A DNA stretch of 64,000 nucleotides from a virus: positions 32,001 to 96,000 of IMG/VR virus record IMGVR_UViG_3300010885_017276; one strand, given 5' to 3'. Under the pieces are notes generated by a model that worked only from the letters and a program-made list of their open reading frames with translations, did no database searches and was not told where the DNA came from. The position numbers and the translations under genes are program-made. Position 1 is the stretch's first letter. Each line of letters opens with the position of its first letter. This document shows positions 55,701 to 64,000 of this stretch, in pieces.

Positions 55701-57457
55701 AATTTATTTTTATCAAAGTCTGCTCTTAGGTCTCTATACTCTGATTGTTTTGCGGAATCATAAGTTTCTAATCTTAAACCCATAGTATCAATATAATCTT
55801 GTAGATCTTGTTTACTAAAATCTTCATTATTAACTAACTTATGGTATATTCTAGATGTCTTTATATTATTCGCATACTTAAGACCGTTTTGTATTTTTGG
55901 CAGTTTTTTGTATGCCTCGTCTGCCTGCTCTTTGGATAAAGCCTGTCCTGCATCTGTGCCTTTTAGTTCGGATATATCGCTACCATCGTATCTAATAGTA
56001 ATGGTAGGTTCTAATGTTTTGTCTAAGAATAGATAAAAATCTCCTTTTGGTAAATAGCTAGAAGCCATACCCCCACCAGTACACCAAGGGTTTGAAGACA
56101 TAACTTTAGCTACCTTTTTACTAACTAATGTTAAGGCTTTTATATCACCTTCTTCACTAGATTTATTGAACTTTACCCAATAGCCATTCTCAGTCTCTTC
56201 TTCAATTCTGTCTTTGATTAAATCCCAAGTTTCTTCTCTTGTGATAAAAGCTTTATCTGTGTGTTTGTCAATAAGTTTTATTGGATGTGTATCACTTCCG
56301 TTTTTTAAGTCCTGGTATACATTTGGCAATACCATAGAAGATAGTTCTTGGTGATTACCCACAGTCATTGAATTTCTTTTTGCTTTCTCTCCGGGAATTG
56401 TTCTTGTTACATTACCGTTGTCATCTAAAACCTCTATGTCTTTAGCTACGTTACCCTTCAAGGTAAGAGCAACCATCATATATTTAAACTCTGCTGAATA
56501 ATCAGAAGATGGTATTATATACTCCAAAGAAGAGACTAAATTAGCTCTTTGTATACCCTGTAAGTTTTTTATATTTTCAGATATAGCATAGCTGTTACCA
56601 TCTATAAGAGCTTGTATGGACTCTTTTTCTGCTTCTGTTACAGCTCTTTTTAAAGAGGACTGCAAGAAACTAGGAGATAGTTCTTGTATGTAAAAGTCAT
56701 TTGTGTTTGCAGCTCTATCTTTAATCTCTAGAAGTCTTCTATTAATTTCAGCTGTTATTTTTTCTTGGTTACCTAAAGAAGATAATTTTGTAGTATAGCC
56801 TAAGAATCCAAAAGTTTCTTCTAAGTCTAATAAAGAGGACATGATGTAATTATCTTTAGCTATACCTAAGTTTTTGATATATTTAGGCTGTACTGTTTGG
56901 TAATCTACTGTGGTGCCTTCTTCTGTTACCCCGGAAAAGTCTTTGATTAATTGATCAGATAAACCAGATAGTTCTGAAATAGAGTTTGGCACATCTTTCA
57001 AGAACTCTTGCACATTGCTTACAGTTCTTATAGCCATACTTCTCTTTAACTGCTCTACAGTTTTTCCTAGTCTCTTTGCAATATTAGTATAGATTATATT
57101 TGCAACTTTTTCTAGTGTATCTGCTTGGTCATCAGAGATTTTCTCTACTTTTTTAAGTTCGTTAGCTATAGATGTATCCCAGTTACCTTTGTCTTCTAAA
57201 ACTTCCTCCTGCACAGGAGTTAGTGCAGATGGTTCTACTGAAGATACGATACCTTGATTAAAAGAGTTTATTTTGTCTTGTGATATAGACTTAAAATCCT
57301 CCAGTTCAGTCAAGGCATAAAGATTTAAGGCGGCATTTTTATTACCGCCTGTCATCTCTGCTAATGTATCAAATAATTTACTTCTGTTTCCGTCTGGTGT
57401 TTGTACAAAGTCAATTTCACCTTTTTCATCTCTGAAAATTCTACAGTTTAATGCCAT
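49742..57457 (-). CDS. giant polyvalent protein (2571 aa): PcfJ-like, beta-solenoid repeats, zincin, JAB/RadC x2, GNAT
   Basis: PWCT...GDFY; repeat region; PVHELAH...EAFA; HNHPSG..PS..D; degenerate second JAB (LDHIV); KGNGNA...FYNSLGF. Confidence 0.8.
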   Translation of the reverse strand: MALNCRIFRDEKGEIDFVQTPDGNRSKLFDTLAEMTGGNKNAALNLYALTELEDFKSISQDKINSFNQGIVSSVEPSALTPVQEEVLEDKGNWDTSIANELKKVEKISDDQADTLEKVANIIYTNIAKRLGKTVEQLKRSMAIRTVSNVQEFLKDVPNSISELSGLSDQLIKDFSGVTEEGTTVDYQTVQPKYIKNLGIAKDNYIMSSLLDLEETFGFLGYTTKLSSLGNQEKITAEINRRLLEIKDRAANTNDFYIQELSPSFLQSSLKRAVTEAEKESIQALIDGNSYAISENIKNLQGIQRANLVSSLEYIIPSSDYSAEFKYMMVALTLKGNVAKDIEVLDDNGNVTRTIPGEKAKRNSMTVGNHQELSSMVLPNVYQDLKNGSDTHPIKLIDKHTDKAFITREETWDLIKDRIEEETENGYWVKFNKSSEEGDIKALTLVSKKVAKVMSSNPWCTGGGMASSYLPKGDFYLFLDKTLEPTITIRYDGSDISELKGTDAGQALSKEQADEAYKKLPKIQNGLKYANNIKTSRIYHKLVNNEDFSKQDLQDYIDTMGLRLETYDSAKQSEYRDLRADFDKNKLPDVNEKYKIYSKISSNREYTSVNTITGFDIQENQLIIGDLTIYTSDEKDIVTLPNGLKVTGDITIYNASEIIIGDNVSATDIEFETSDKFKNLMSSIKIGKNFYSKKTINIKNVASFEIGDNYETEALRVKNSKDLKLKLGNSGKVNGFFGLENVVFKDDFILPKLGEAIIKIENSYFKNLIIEDNSVLTDFSLDGSNISGNLVIGNGCVFKDVFQYDRSFKAKGVKFLENLHFERGLSISTIPITDSTIPKSTRIDGALRIDDSKISKDFVIPSSIGEIFLAGSKIEKGFSIPKYAGCGFSAINTTFEDFTLLENNMLESVYINKCYLNKGFQLPNDSNSRMGITISESNLPKGAIPNGMKNSSTIQLSLCDFEEGFTIPDNVDFKILNIADFPGLDGLPKSFSIPSTAKISELFLNQVHLRNDLNITNGAQIKRLILTNAPIIENFTIGKSSSLEEVILHDITFDGKFNIEKGTKLKKFSSHNGRGLLVIEPDVQIDDLSFKGTGLWSNSNTALRISKGAKINRIALENLIKLDIESEAKIGMLPGEGADKEGFAIFEKIKEFNVGNNVVFYNTVDFQSIYFGDSNFGRGTLFGSTTTFEKCGGMEKIKDAYFLRTVNFENTDIDFIPENADFIVRFISSDRAIAVIDIPDNSVIKADIVIQDSDINKNNRVLNIGKNVTFLYDLQFDNCTIEIPENELLPPTTKIDKKLRIVNSAVKVPNLLSSTRFDVSSDRFDVSIDKQDRRGAIVRTEESTLILLDKNNADVTTPVHELAHKYEDVLTTQEVKIVEDWSGHKKGTKQFREAFAKGAERYIYEGANLNGDIDGIFKRLKDWFFEVIKDAIAYFGDINELNPGIKDIYSKMLLDSKNKKSALSKPKRAKEYEGRSTTATTESGVSYLSESGDVDYDSRDGIQWEGDKINGVFRSVKGIWNKSKDLQFTGTTRVKNAADVAEIMSLLENKSVEHAFAVHTDAKGKSHIQFLSVGGSTGTVIDPGLVLSGVNKFKSKKVYLVHNHPSGNLNPSAADSEITSRVASGLKELNISLEHVIMDTYSKQYTILDEFGLTSAKGVARVETEGKKENLTTYTLNEQEILSEPLGKVAGAEDSANVIQQFRFSAMPKNAALILDQNNKIIGNYVFQDGIEYEELTSFIGEFGIAKSVIFYGNQDNFSSVKDISRKLEKFSITVLDHIVTASNNDIVKGYYTSAQRSGLLSEVQEKYGTNSVEDNRVEEPKVQTTTTSSSNVRKPVVDMNGARVFAADRINPITGEDTGQIELQLLESDNKGNGNARKAAEAFLKYTDSIGKDVYLAVSSRDGGITDEDKLGDFYNSLGFRNTSGFEMIRKARPVSPKGFDKNGEPDASTVLQFNSAKTEALENEEVMDVQNAMLGFGLTNSKDLYTSLMKALSTKGVVTFSRMKLERSKMYNDYEIDMILNSPDIQRNIRETLLKLRNTEEFSVEYNPIFVIPMSSELTSLGKQRSSNPFEIEREIADAVSDVAPEEIPANLDGVLAERYAQDKEFKALVDDLNKTTKSVPVKTVINGELVDKLPSTIGSIANTITDDYNGSMSENIDFLNSSIRKETWEESRNAIGKILNKIKKDAAKNGIDLRDLATKAITHSREDVLDFLNAMEDVLVEPSEQTLSTFADMYNAMFDITEPSKELIITDNMSDVFLDAENTEYELFRDHSLVKKQDGVYRIVTEQSLEDMYDSMMENVDLLPGNITSVEDLKNYVSKTISKLEIPDFQVDSELLEKMLLYKMYFGFPLVINTKKVSTQGLTDLTMDPEMLKDDFIKDFNKWILETNNKYFTVTERGIELIANDEINKSEAILSLPEEFKESLAQYDVLSRTLKLGLESQEKAGEYIDSQKEKRQDVVNNPESVKKLKGNYTYLEDGVMATKNETETFVRTPVGVFEMIYQFGNVKFYNKLPDVDTDYKLTDIEKPLSDIDFSQYQHLENSPEIFKESKQYYTKKELEQINNEYFNCK

Positions 57458-57477
57458 TATTATGTTTTATTTTTATG

Positions 57478-57509
57478 CAAAATTACGAAATTACTTTTAT
57501 ATATCCAAA
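57478..57509 (-). promoter_or_regulatory. sigma-A promoter for the 2571-aa gene
   Basis: reverse complement TTTG-N20-TAATTTTG. Confidence 0.7.
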
Positions 57510-57529
57510 TTTGTTAACTTTTTTATTCA

Positions 57530-60500
57530 TTAACAATCCTCTAGATCATCTATAATAGTTTCAACTTTAGCTCTGTATTCTGGACTTACTTTTACTAACT
57601 CTCTTAGCAAGGCTACAACCTTTGGATGATCCAAGAAGTCGTACTCTTTTGCTGTCAAAGTATTATTTATAAACTTATCTAGTATCTCCGAAGCTTTTTC
57701 ATCTGTAAAGTTTATTCTCCAGTCTTTTACTGAACTAGTAAGTCCGTTTGGGCTCAAATCAATAATAGGTTTAGGTGAAGACAAAGGATTGTCTGTCATG
57801 TCTACAGCTATAGAAGCATCGTTTACTAGGTCCTCTGCTGAATAGGCTTGACTCATCCATTCCTTTACATCTGCTGTTTGTTCTACCTTATTTAGGTCAG
57901 CTATAGCTTGTTGTAAGTTTCTAGTTATGTTTCCTTCTTGGTCAAACAGTGTTTGATTCTCCATATCTAAGAAATGTAAATCATACTTTGTTGTAGAAAG
58001 TCCGTTGTCAACTAGCATTTGGTTTAGCTCTAAAGACAAGGATGCTAAGTTTTTACCATCTCCTTTTTGGAACTCATCAACCATACTATTCAAGAACGCA
58101 TCTCCTATGTTATTATTTGTCTTTTTAAGATTCAAGGGGAAAGCAAACAAATACTGTCCTTGTCTCATTACAACTACAGGAGTTCCGTTCTTATTCAAGA
58201 ATTTACTAACGTAGTCCTTTCTAACTTTTGTAGTCTTACCGTCCTTAAGCACAAGCTTTCCGTTTTGTATGTAACCATAGGTTACTACTTTTTTAGGCTC
58301 TATCTCAAAGTATTTTATTTTACCATCTTCATACACAAAGTTTGGTGTTCCTAGAAGTAGGTGTTTAACTTTTGTTTGTATCGGTAACTCTAAATTAGTA
58401 CCACTTACAGCTACCCCTCCTTCAAGAGCCAATTTTACTGCGTTTAATGCAGCCAGTCTAACTCTCAAAAATCCAGGACTGTCTGAAATGTCATAGTTAG
58501 CCTTCAGATCGCTTAATTTATTTCCTCGGTAGTCTGTGGCATTTATCTTGATATTGTCCATTAGATCTTTACCTAGCTCTTCCTCAGTCTTTGCATTAGG
58601 TACACCGTCTTCAATATCTTGTAATCCTTGTTGGTAACCTTCGATTAATATCTGGTTGTACTCATTCTCAAGGTCTACTGAAAATAACACAGGTTCTCCC
58701 GGTAGCATTTCGTATAGTTGGCTTGGTGTATAGGTATTAGAGTCCTTGAAGTCTGTACTAAGATTCTTGTTAGTTTTTAGATCATACACAACCCCATATC
58801 CGCCATTGTTATATAGCTTTATGTTGTTGGTCTGTAGACTAGCTTGGTTAAATATGTTTTGGTATTCTGCCTTACTTTTGAAAAGTAGTCTACCACCTTT
58901 GTCTATTCTAATTACTGCTGAACTACCATCTTCTAATACCACTGTGAACTTAGCACCAACCTTGGCAAGAGTCTCTAGGTCTGTCAAAGACAAGTTATCC
59001 TTAGAGCTTTTTACAATCTCCTTGTTGCCTTTGGTTTCTACTTGTTCGTATCTTATAGTATCTAAGGCTAGTCTTTTTAATAACCCGGCCAAAGTCAAGT
59101 GTGATACAGAGGTTCCATTTTTGGTTTGAGATACAAACACATTTTCGTAAGTCTGAAGAATCTCTCCATTTCTTATAGGTTCCCCTTCATCTGTTATTGA
59201 AGGATTTGGGTCTACCGCTGTTTGTAGTTCTACGTCTGTAAGTTCAACATCTGGTATTACTGGAACGGTCTGTGACCTTGCAATATCTTGCATTATCATT
59301 TCTGCTATGGATACTCCATCCTTACTTCCGTAAGCTTCTAGTAATCTCCAATTTGCAAATTTCTCGTTAAGTTCTTGCAGTCTTAATACCTCTTCTTTTG
59401 ACAAAGATACCAAGTTTTTTCCTAACTGTGGTAAGGTACTATTTCCATAAGGACTCTTAAATGAGATAGTTTTGTTGTTTATTTTTGGATCATTTATAGC
59501 TCTCTCGGCCAAAGCTTGAAACTCTAACATCTCAGCTTCAGACGGCATTTTAGGAGTGGTTTCTGTACCGTAGTACTCCATTAAATAGGGGCTATTCTTG
59601 ATAAGGTTGGCAATAAAATCTTTTATAGAAGTTTTTACCTCTGCTACATTAGTAGACTCTAGTTGATATCTTTTATTAATCTCATCTATCTTAGCTTGCT
59701 TTTCCTTTTCTAGCTTTTCTATTTCTTTTGCATTGCCTTCTGCTTCACTTTGTGCATTAGTAGCAGCAGTTGCTGCAGCCGCATTAGCTTGTTTTAAGCT
59801 ATCTAATAAAGGAGTGATTAATTTATCATACCTGTCATATATTTCATTATACTGGTCTAGGACAGCAGTAGTCATCATGGTCTTATCTACCTTACCATTA
59901 ATAACTTTATAGTCTTCTATATTAGGTATTTTAGAAAGCATTTCGTTTTGCTCCTGCTCTCTTAAATCTGCTATTTGCTGTTGTATATTTTGAGGAGTGG
60001 CTGCTATATTAGACAATTCGCTACTTAATAAAGCTAAGGTACTATTAACGTGATCATAGAACTCATTGGAGTCAGTATTTTTACCAGCCGGTTTTGTAGG
60101 TAAGTTCATAGTATCGTTAAAAGCTTCTAAATCTGCTTTACCATCACTTAAAAATCCTATTCCGTCCTTTAATCTACCGTTACCGTTATTCTCTCTGCTT
60201 TCAATAGTCCCTATTCCCTCATTAAGTATCTTAGAAAGCTTCTCAAATAATTGGAATCCGTAACTATTATTTATTTGTTCTTCTGAACCTTTGTTTATCC
60301 ACCCTTTCTCTACTCCAATCCCAAATACTGCATACCAATTGCCGGCTTTTACATTTTTCTTACCTGCTTGTCCAGTACTGATATAAAAAGGTATGTTGTA
60401 TTTACCTATTTTCATCATTACCATTACTCTATCAGAGTAATCGACTACGTTGTATTCTTGACCATTAATATTAATTGGAGATAGTAAATTATTACTTCTT

Positions 60501-63500
60501 AACCAATCTAGTTTTTCATTTAGGGTAGTTAGTTTATTTAACTCTGCTACTATAGTGGCTACTGGTGTAGATACCAAACTAATATTAGACTCTGATTGTT
60601 GAACAGGAGCTTGTTGTTTTTTTAACTCTGCTATCTTGTCATCGTACTCTTGTGTTACTTTGGCAATAGCTTCGTCTCTCTTGGCTTGTTTTTCTTCTCT
60701 TGTGGGTTTTTTAATAGAGTCCCCGACTTGTGCTGTTTCGGTTTCCTCTTCGTCTTGCCCGGCCTTTTCTATTACTTCTTTTACAGGTTCAGCAGTTTCT
60801 ATCTTATTGATAAACTCCTCTACCCCTCTCTCTTGCATACTATCTAGCACACCTTGTAAAAACTCAGCTGTCATCAAGTTAGGTGACTTGTCTGAGTATA
60901 TTTCTGAGATGATGTTTCTCTTGCCTCTTAACCCAAGTTTTGGATCAGATAGTTGTCTAGCTAAATCAGCATATCTTTTGAATGCATAGATAGACTTACC
61001 ATACTCGCTTACTAACTTTTGTAGTTTTAGTGCTTGTTGTGGGTCTATCTTTTTATGCTCTTGAATTAACTCCTTTATTCTTTGTATGTTGTTCTCTCTG
61101 TTTTGTAGGGTAGTAGATGTTATTATTAACTCGTCTACATCTTTACCGAAAGGGTTTGTTAGATTAGCTGTTTTTATCAACAGTCTGTACTCAGTGGTTA
61201 GTTGCTCTTTTTCAGTTTCTAACTGAGCCATTCTAGTTCTAACACCATCAATCTTGTTTAGTGCATTTCTTCTACTTTCAGGGTCAGAAATAGTACTAAT
61301 AGTATTTTCTAACTGCTTGTACTCTTGCTCTAAGCTAACTCTTTCTTTTTCAAGTTTTACAATTTGCTTTTCTGTATTCTTAGCTTTAGTTTGAGTTTCT
61401 TTACCGGCTTTTAACAAGGTATCCTCAATAGATAAAGCTGTTGAGATTTCTTCTCCCAAAGTTTTACCAACTTCATTTTTTATAGATGTCAGCAAGTCTT
61501 GAGAGAACCCATGAACTTTTTCTCCAAGAGTCAATTCGTAAGCAACAGCATCCTTAATGGCTGACATACTTACTTTGTCAAGTTTTGCTTTTTCTTCTTT
61601 TGTTAGATTGTCATTCAAGTAGTACTCAGCAAACTCTCTATTTTTGGTGTAAGTTTTTGTAGTATCCTTGTACTCATCAATCATCTTTTGCTTCAAATCT
61701 TCAGCACCTTGTTCATCTACTTTGTACTCTTTCATTATAGACTCATTGTCTATATTCTTGATAGCTGCCTCTGTTTGTTTTACAGTTTCATCTGTGTACT
61801 CTAAGTTATGTGCATGTGAAATTTGAGCTATTATCGAAGATTGTCTTGATAACTCTCCCCCGGTAACATCTCCTGTTTTTCTTGCGTTATCTATTCCCTC
61901 TCCGGCTGCTTGTGATCTACCTGCGTATGCAATAGTCTGAGCCATTTTGTTTGGGGAGTAGTTGCTATCGTAGAAAGCCTCTAAATTTTTTACTTTTTGC
62001 TCTTCTTGAACAAACTCGCCTCTAAGGCTTTTATTTTTATAGGCACTAATACCTGTACCAGTCAATAGACCGATAAGCATACCAATACCTACCTCTTTCA
62101 TTCCTTCTTTTGTGCCATAGGTATCCGACAAACCTTGTGTAAAGGCATCACCTATTTGCATTGTATTGTGTAAGTACTTGGGGTCGTATGTAGATTTGAT
62201 CCAGTTTTTAGCTGTATTTTGACCAACAGACTGCATACCCTCTTCCCATAGACCTTCTATTAAGGCACTCTCTCCAAGGTTCCAGCCGTATTGAGCTGCT
62301 TTTTGGAATTTAGTAGCTGTTTTGGCTACTATTTTGCCTTCAACACTCTCTAGACCAATCCCAAATATTTTAGAATTTGCCCATTTTGAAGAGGCCGAAA
62401 GTGGACTACTCATATCAAATATTCTACCGATAGTCATCAAGTTAGATGAACCAACAATAGCCATATTGTAACCGTACAAAGCATTAGCTGAATTTGTCAA
62501 GTCTTTGTCAAACTCATCTAACTCTTTTTGTGTGGGTTTTCTGTTATTCTTAGATTCAAAATCCTCTAAGAAATTATCTTTGCTTTCTCGTATATAAGTA
62601 CGAGCCTCCATACCAGATTCAAATCCTGCTGAAGTGTATGTAAATCTTGCTACGTTGGCTAGTTTTCCTGCTTTACCAAATGCCGTTGCCATACCTACAG
62701 GTAGTTTGGCATTTGCATAGGTTTGTAATATTGGTTTAGAAGCTATACTTCTAGCCTCTGCCATAGCTGTCATCTTACTAAGACCTCTTTCTAATCTAGA
62801 CCCCGATGCGGCAAATCTTTCAAGTTTAGCACCTAATCTAGCTGCACTAGTAGCCACTGCTGCTCCTCCTGTTGCATAGTCCCAGATAACTTCAGAGCCA
62901 ATGGCAGAAACTGTAAATGCCGCACCACCTAGTACGTCCTTAGCCCAAAAATTAGCTGTACCCATAGACTCAAAAAAGCCCATGTCCTTTTCCTCTTTGG
63001 TATAATAGTTAGGCAGCTTGTAATCCATTTTCTCATTAAGGTCATCAATATAGTTATTGAACTGGTTATCGTAAGTGGCTCTAAAGCTTCCTTGTTTTAC
63101 CCCCTCATAGATACCATTTACTGTGCCAACCGTGCCTCCAATTATACCTGTACCAACCTGCCCTGCAAATTTAGTTAAACCATTTATCCACTTATCTGCT
63201 GTACTTTGTGTTTGGCCTGCGTACTCTGCATTATCTACACCTACCTTATAATCATCATATTTTTTTATAACAGAGCCATCACGCATGGTTGCATAAGCAT
63301 CCTGTACGTTGTAGTTTTTTTCATAAAAAGATAATTTTTCAGGTCCTCCTATCTCAGTGCCAAAAGCCAAACCATTATCCGGGTTAAAATCTTCCGGTTG
63401 GTCTGGCAATTTTTGTCTTTTTGGATCTGTGTAACTACTTCTTATATCCCCAATAATACTCTCTAGTCCTGTAGCTGGAGCAGCAGAAAATCCTTGTGCT

Positions 63501-63535
63501 TCAACTCTTCCTAATTCTTTGTAGTAATCTTCCAT
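57530..63535 (-). CDS. giant internal virion/ejection-type protein (2001 aa)
   Basis: Gly/Ala-rich hydrophobic N-terminal helices, EGLWEEGMQ motif, coiled coils, internal globular insert. Confidence 0.7.
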   Translation of the reverse strand: MEDYYKELGRVEAQGFSAAPATGLESIIGDIRSSYTDPKRQKLPDQPEDFNPDNGLAFGTEIGGPEKLSFYEKNYNVQDAYATMRDGSVIKKYDDYKVGVDNAEYAGQTQSTADKWINGLTKFAGQVGTGIIGGTVGTVNGIYEGVKQGSFRATYDNQFNNYIDDLNEKMDYKLPNYYTKEEKDMGFFESMGTANFWAKDVLGGAAFTVSAIGSEVIWDYATGGAAVATSAARLGAKLERFAASGSRLERGLSKMTAMAEARSIASKPILQTYANAKLPVGMATAFGKAGKLANVARFTYTSAGFESGMEARTYIRESKDNFLEDFESKNNRKPTQKELDEFDKDLTNSANALYGYNMAIVGSSNLMTIGRIFDMSSPLSASSKWANSKIFGIGLESVEGKIVAKTATKFQKAAQYGWNLGESALIEGLWEEGMQSVGQNTAKNWIKSTYDPKYLHNTMQIGDAFTQGLSDTYGTKEGMKEVGIGMLIGLLTGTGISAYKNKSLRGEFVQEEQKVKNLEAFYDSNYSPNKMAQTIAYAGRSQAAGEGIDNARKTGDVTGGELSRQSSIIAQISHAHNLEYTDETVKQTEAAIKNIDNESIMKEYKVDEQGAEDLKQKMIDEYKDTTKTYTKNREFAEYYLNDNLTKEEKAKLDKVSMSAIKDAVAYELTLGEKVHGFSQDLLTSIKNEVGKTLGEEISTALSIEDTLLKAGKETQTKAKNTEKQIVKLEKERVSLEQEYKQLENTISTISDPESRRNALNKIDGVRTRMAQLETEKEQLTTEYRLLIKTANLTNPFGKDVDELIITSTTLQNRENNIQRIKELIQEHKKIDPQQALKLQKLVSEYGKSIYAFKRYADLARQLSDPKLGLRGKRNIISEIYSDKSPNLMTAEFLQGVLDSMQERGVEEFINKIETAEPVKEVIEKAGQDEEETETAQVGDSIKKPTREEKQAKRDEAIAKVTQEYDDKIAELKKQQAPVQQSESNISLVSTPVATIVAELNKLTTLNEKLDWLRSNNLLSPININGQEYNVVDYSDRVMVMMKIGKYNIPFYISTGQAGKKNVKAGNWYAVFGIGVEKGWINKGSEEQINNSYGFQLFEKLSKILNEGIGTIESRENNGNGRLKDGIGFLSDGKADLEAFNDTMNLPTKPAGKNTDSNEFYDHVNSTLALLSSELSNIAATPQNIQQQIADLREQEQNEMLSKIPNIEDYKVINGKVDKTMMTTAVLDQYNEIYDRYDKLITPLLDSLKQANAAAATAATNAQSEAEGNAKEIEKLEKEKQAKIDEINKRYQLESTNVAEVKTSIKDFIANLIKNSPYLMEYYGTETTPKMPSEAEMLEFQALAERAINDPKINNKTISFKSPYGNSTLPQLGKNLVSLSKEEVLRLQELNEKFANWRLLEAYGSKDGVSIAEMIMQDIARSQTVPVIPDVELTDVELQTAVDPNPSITDEGEPIRNGEILQTYENVFVSQTKNGTSVSHLTLAGLLKRLALDTIRYEQVETKGNKEIVKSSKDNLSLTDLETLAKVGAKFTVVLEDGSSAVIRIDKGGRLLFKSKAEYQNIFNQASLQTNNIKLYNNGGYGVVYDLKTNKNLSTDFKDSNTYTPSQLYEMLPGEPVLFSVDLENEYNQILIEGYQQGLQDIEDGVPNAKTEEELGKDLMDNIKINATDYRGNKLSDLKANYDISDSPGFLRVRLAALNAVKLALEGGVAVSGTNLELPIQTKVKHLLLGTPNFVYEDGKIKYFEIEPKKVVTYGYIQNGKLVLKDGKTTKVRKDYVSKFLNKNGTPVVVMRQGQYLFAFPLNLKKTNNNIGDAFLNSMVDEFQKGDGKNLASLSLELNQMLVDNGLSTTKYDLHFLDMENQTLFDQEGNITRNLQQAIADLNKVEQTADVKEWMSQAYSAEDLVNDASIAVDMTDNPLSSPKPIIDLSPNGLTSSVKDWRINFTDEKASEILDKFINNTLTAKEYDFLDHPKVVALLRELVKVSPEYRAKVETIIDDLEDC

Positions 63536-63537
63536 TC

Positions 63538-63999
63538 TTATTTGAATATGGTTTCTGCTTCGTCTGGGTTCTTCATTATATATTTTAATATTGCATCGAG
63601 TATTAAAACTTGAGGGTAATTTTTAGTTAAGTTCAAGATGTCATCATTTAGTATAGGGCTAACATCAGAAAACTTACCTTGCAATATTAATTTGTTTGTG
63701 TTTTTATTTTTGATCAATTCCCCCCAACTACCGTCCATTGGTTTTACTGTTAGGTCAAAATTGTCTAGTTCAGTATCTATATTATTTACAACTTTTTGTA
63801 TTTGATCTGGTGTTAGTATGCCATTAAGTCTGTTTTCAAACAAGCTTTTTGTTCTAGCTTTTGTTAGGTAGTATGCTGGTGAAGCTGCCATACTGCTAGT
63901 TATAGATCTATCTATAGTTAACATATTAGCATCTGCTTTACTTAACAAGTACTCATTTGAAGAATCTACAAAACTTGGTTGTACATAAGGTTTGATCTG
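63538..63999 (-). CDS. C-terminal part of an upstream structural-module protein
   Basis: reading frame stays open to the window edge. Confidence 0.7.
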   Translation of the reverse strand, partial: QIKPYVQPSFVDSSNEYLLSKADANMLTIDRSITSSMAASPAYYLTKARTKSLFENRLNGILTPDQIQKVVNNIDTELDNFDLTVKPMDGSWGELIKNKNTNKLILQGKFSDVSPILNDDILNLTKNYPQVLILDAILKYIMKNPDEAETIFK

Positions 64000-64000
64000 C

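Noticed and set aside
43931-63535. Giant proteins as a crAss-like virion RNA polymerase
   Set aside because: I found no DxDxD catalytic motif in a double-psi barrel context, and all gene classes have host sigma-A promoters.
1-64000. Stop-codon reassignment suggested by abundant TAG/CTAG
   Set aside because: Core genes are intact in the standard code, several end in TAG, and no suppressor tRNA is seen.

Overview
This is a 64-kb segment of a large, AT-rich dsDNA phage that is probably lytic. Its host is a Bacteroidota (likely Flavobacteriia) bacterium: more than 20 TTTG-N19/20-TAnnTTTG promoters are present, Shine-Dalgarno motifs are not evident, and the tmRNA resumes on a Gly codon as Bacteroidota tmRNAs do. 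Layout: (1) 1-7.7 kb holds RecA (partial), a GIY-YIG nuclease, PhoH, SSB, GroEL and a GroES-like protein, a PRTase-like protein, an acyl-CoA thioesterase, a tRNA-like RNA, tRNA(CAT), thioredoxin and a ClpP-like protease. (2) 7.7-8.8 kb is non-coding and may contain the genome terminus. (3) 8.8-24 kb is an early region of about 60 small ORFs, punctuated by repeated hairpin modules, host promoters, Fur-box-like palindromes and a nut-like site; it includes DUF932 and a probable SAM lyase. (4) 24-43.8 kb covers replication and nucleotide metabolism (exonucleases, class Ia RNR, DnaB, dNMP kinase, PolA, primase, phosphoesterases) plus an RNA cluster of tRNA-Arg, an unexplained ornate ~350-nt RNA and a tmRNA with a 35-codon tag. 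(5) 43.9-64 kb encodes giant minus-strand virion/ejection-type proteins, one of them a polyvalent protein (PcfJ-like, beta-solenoid, zincin, two JAB, GNAT). The most notable unexplained signals are the ornate ncRNA, a convergent-promoter sense/antisense G-tract RNA next to DnaA-like boxes, the one-gene-per-repeat cassette array with an upstream boxB-boxA site, the Fur-like boxes at early promoters, and a positional gradient of CCAG/CTGG avoidance. All calls come from reading the sequence by eye; no database searches were run.
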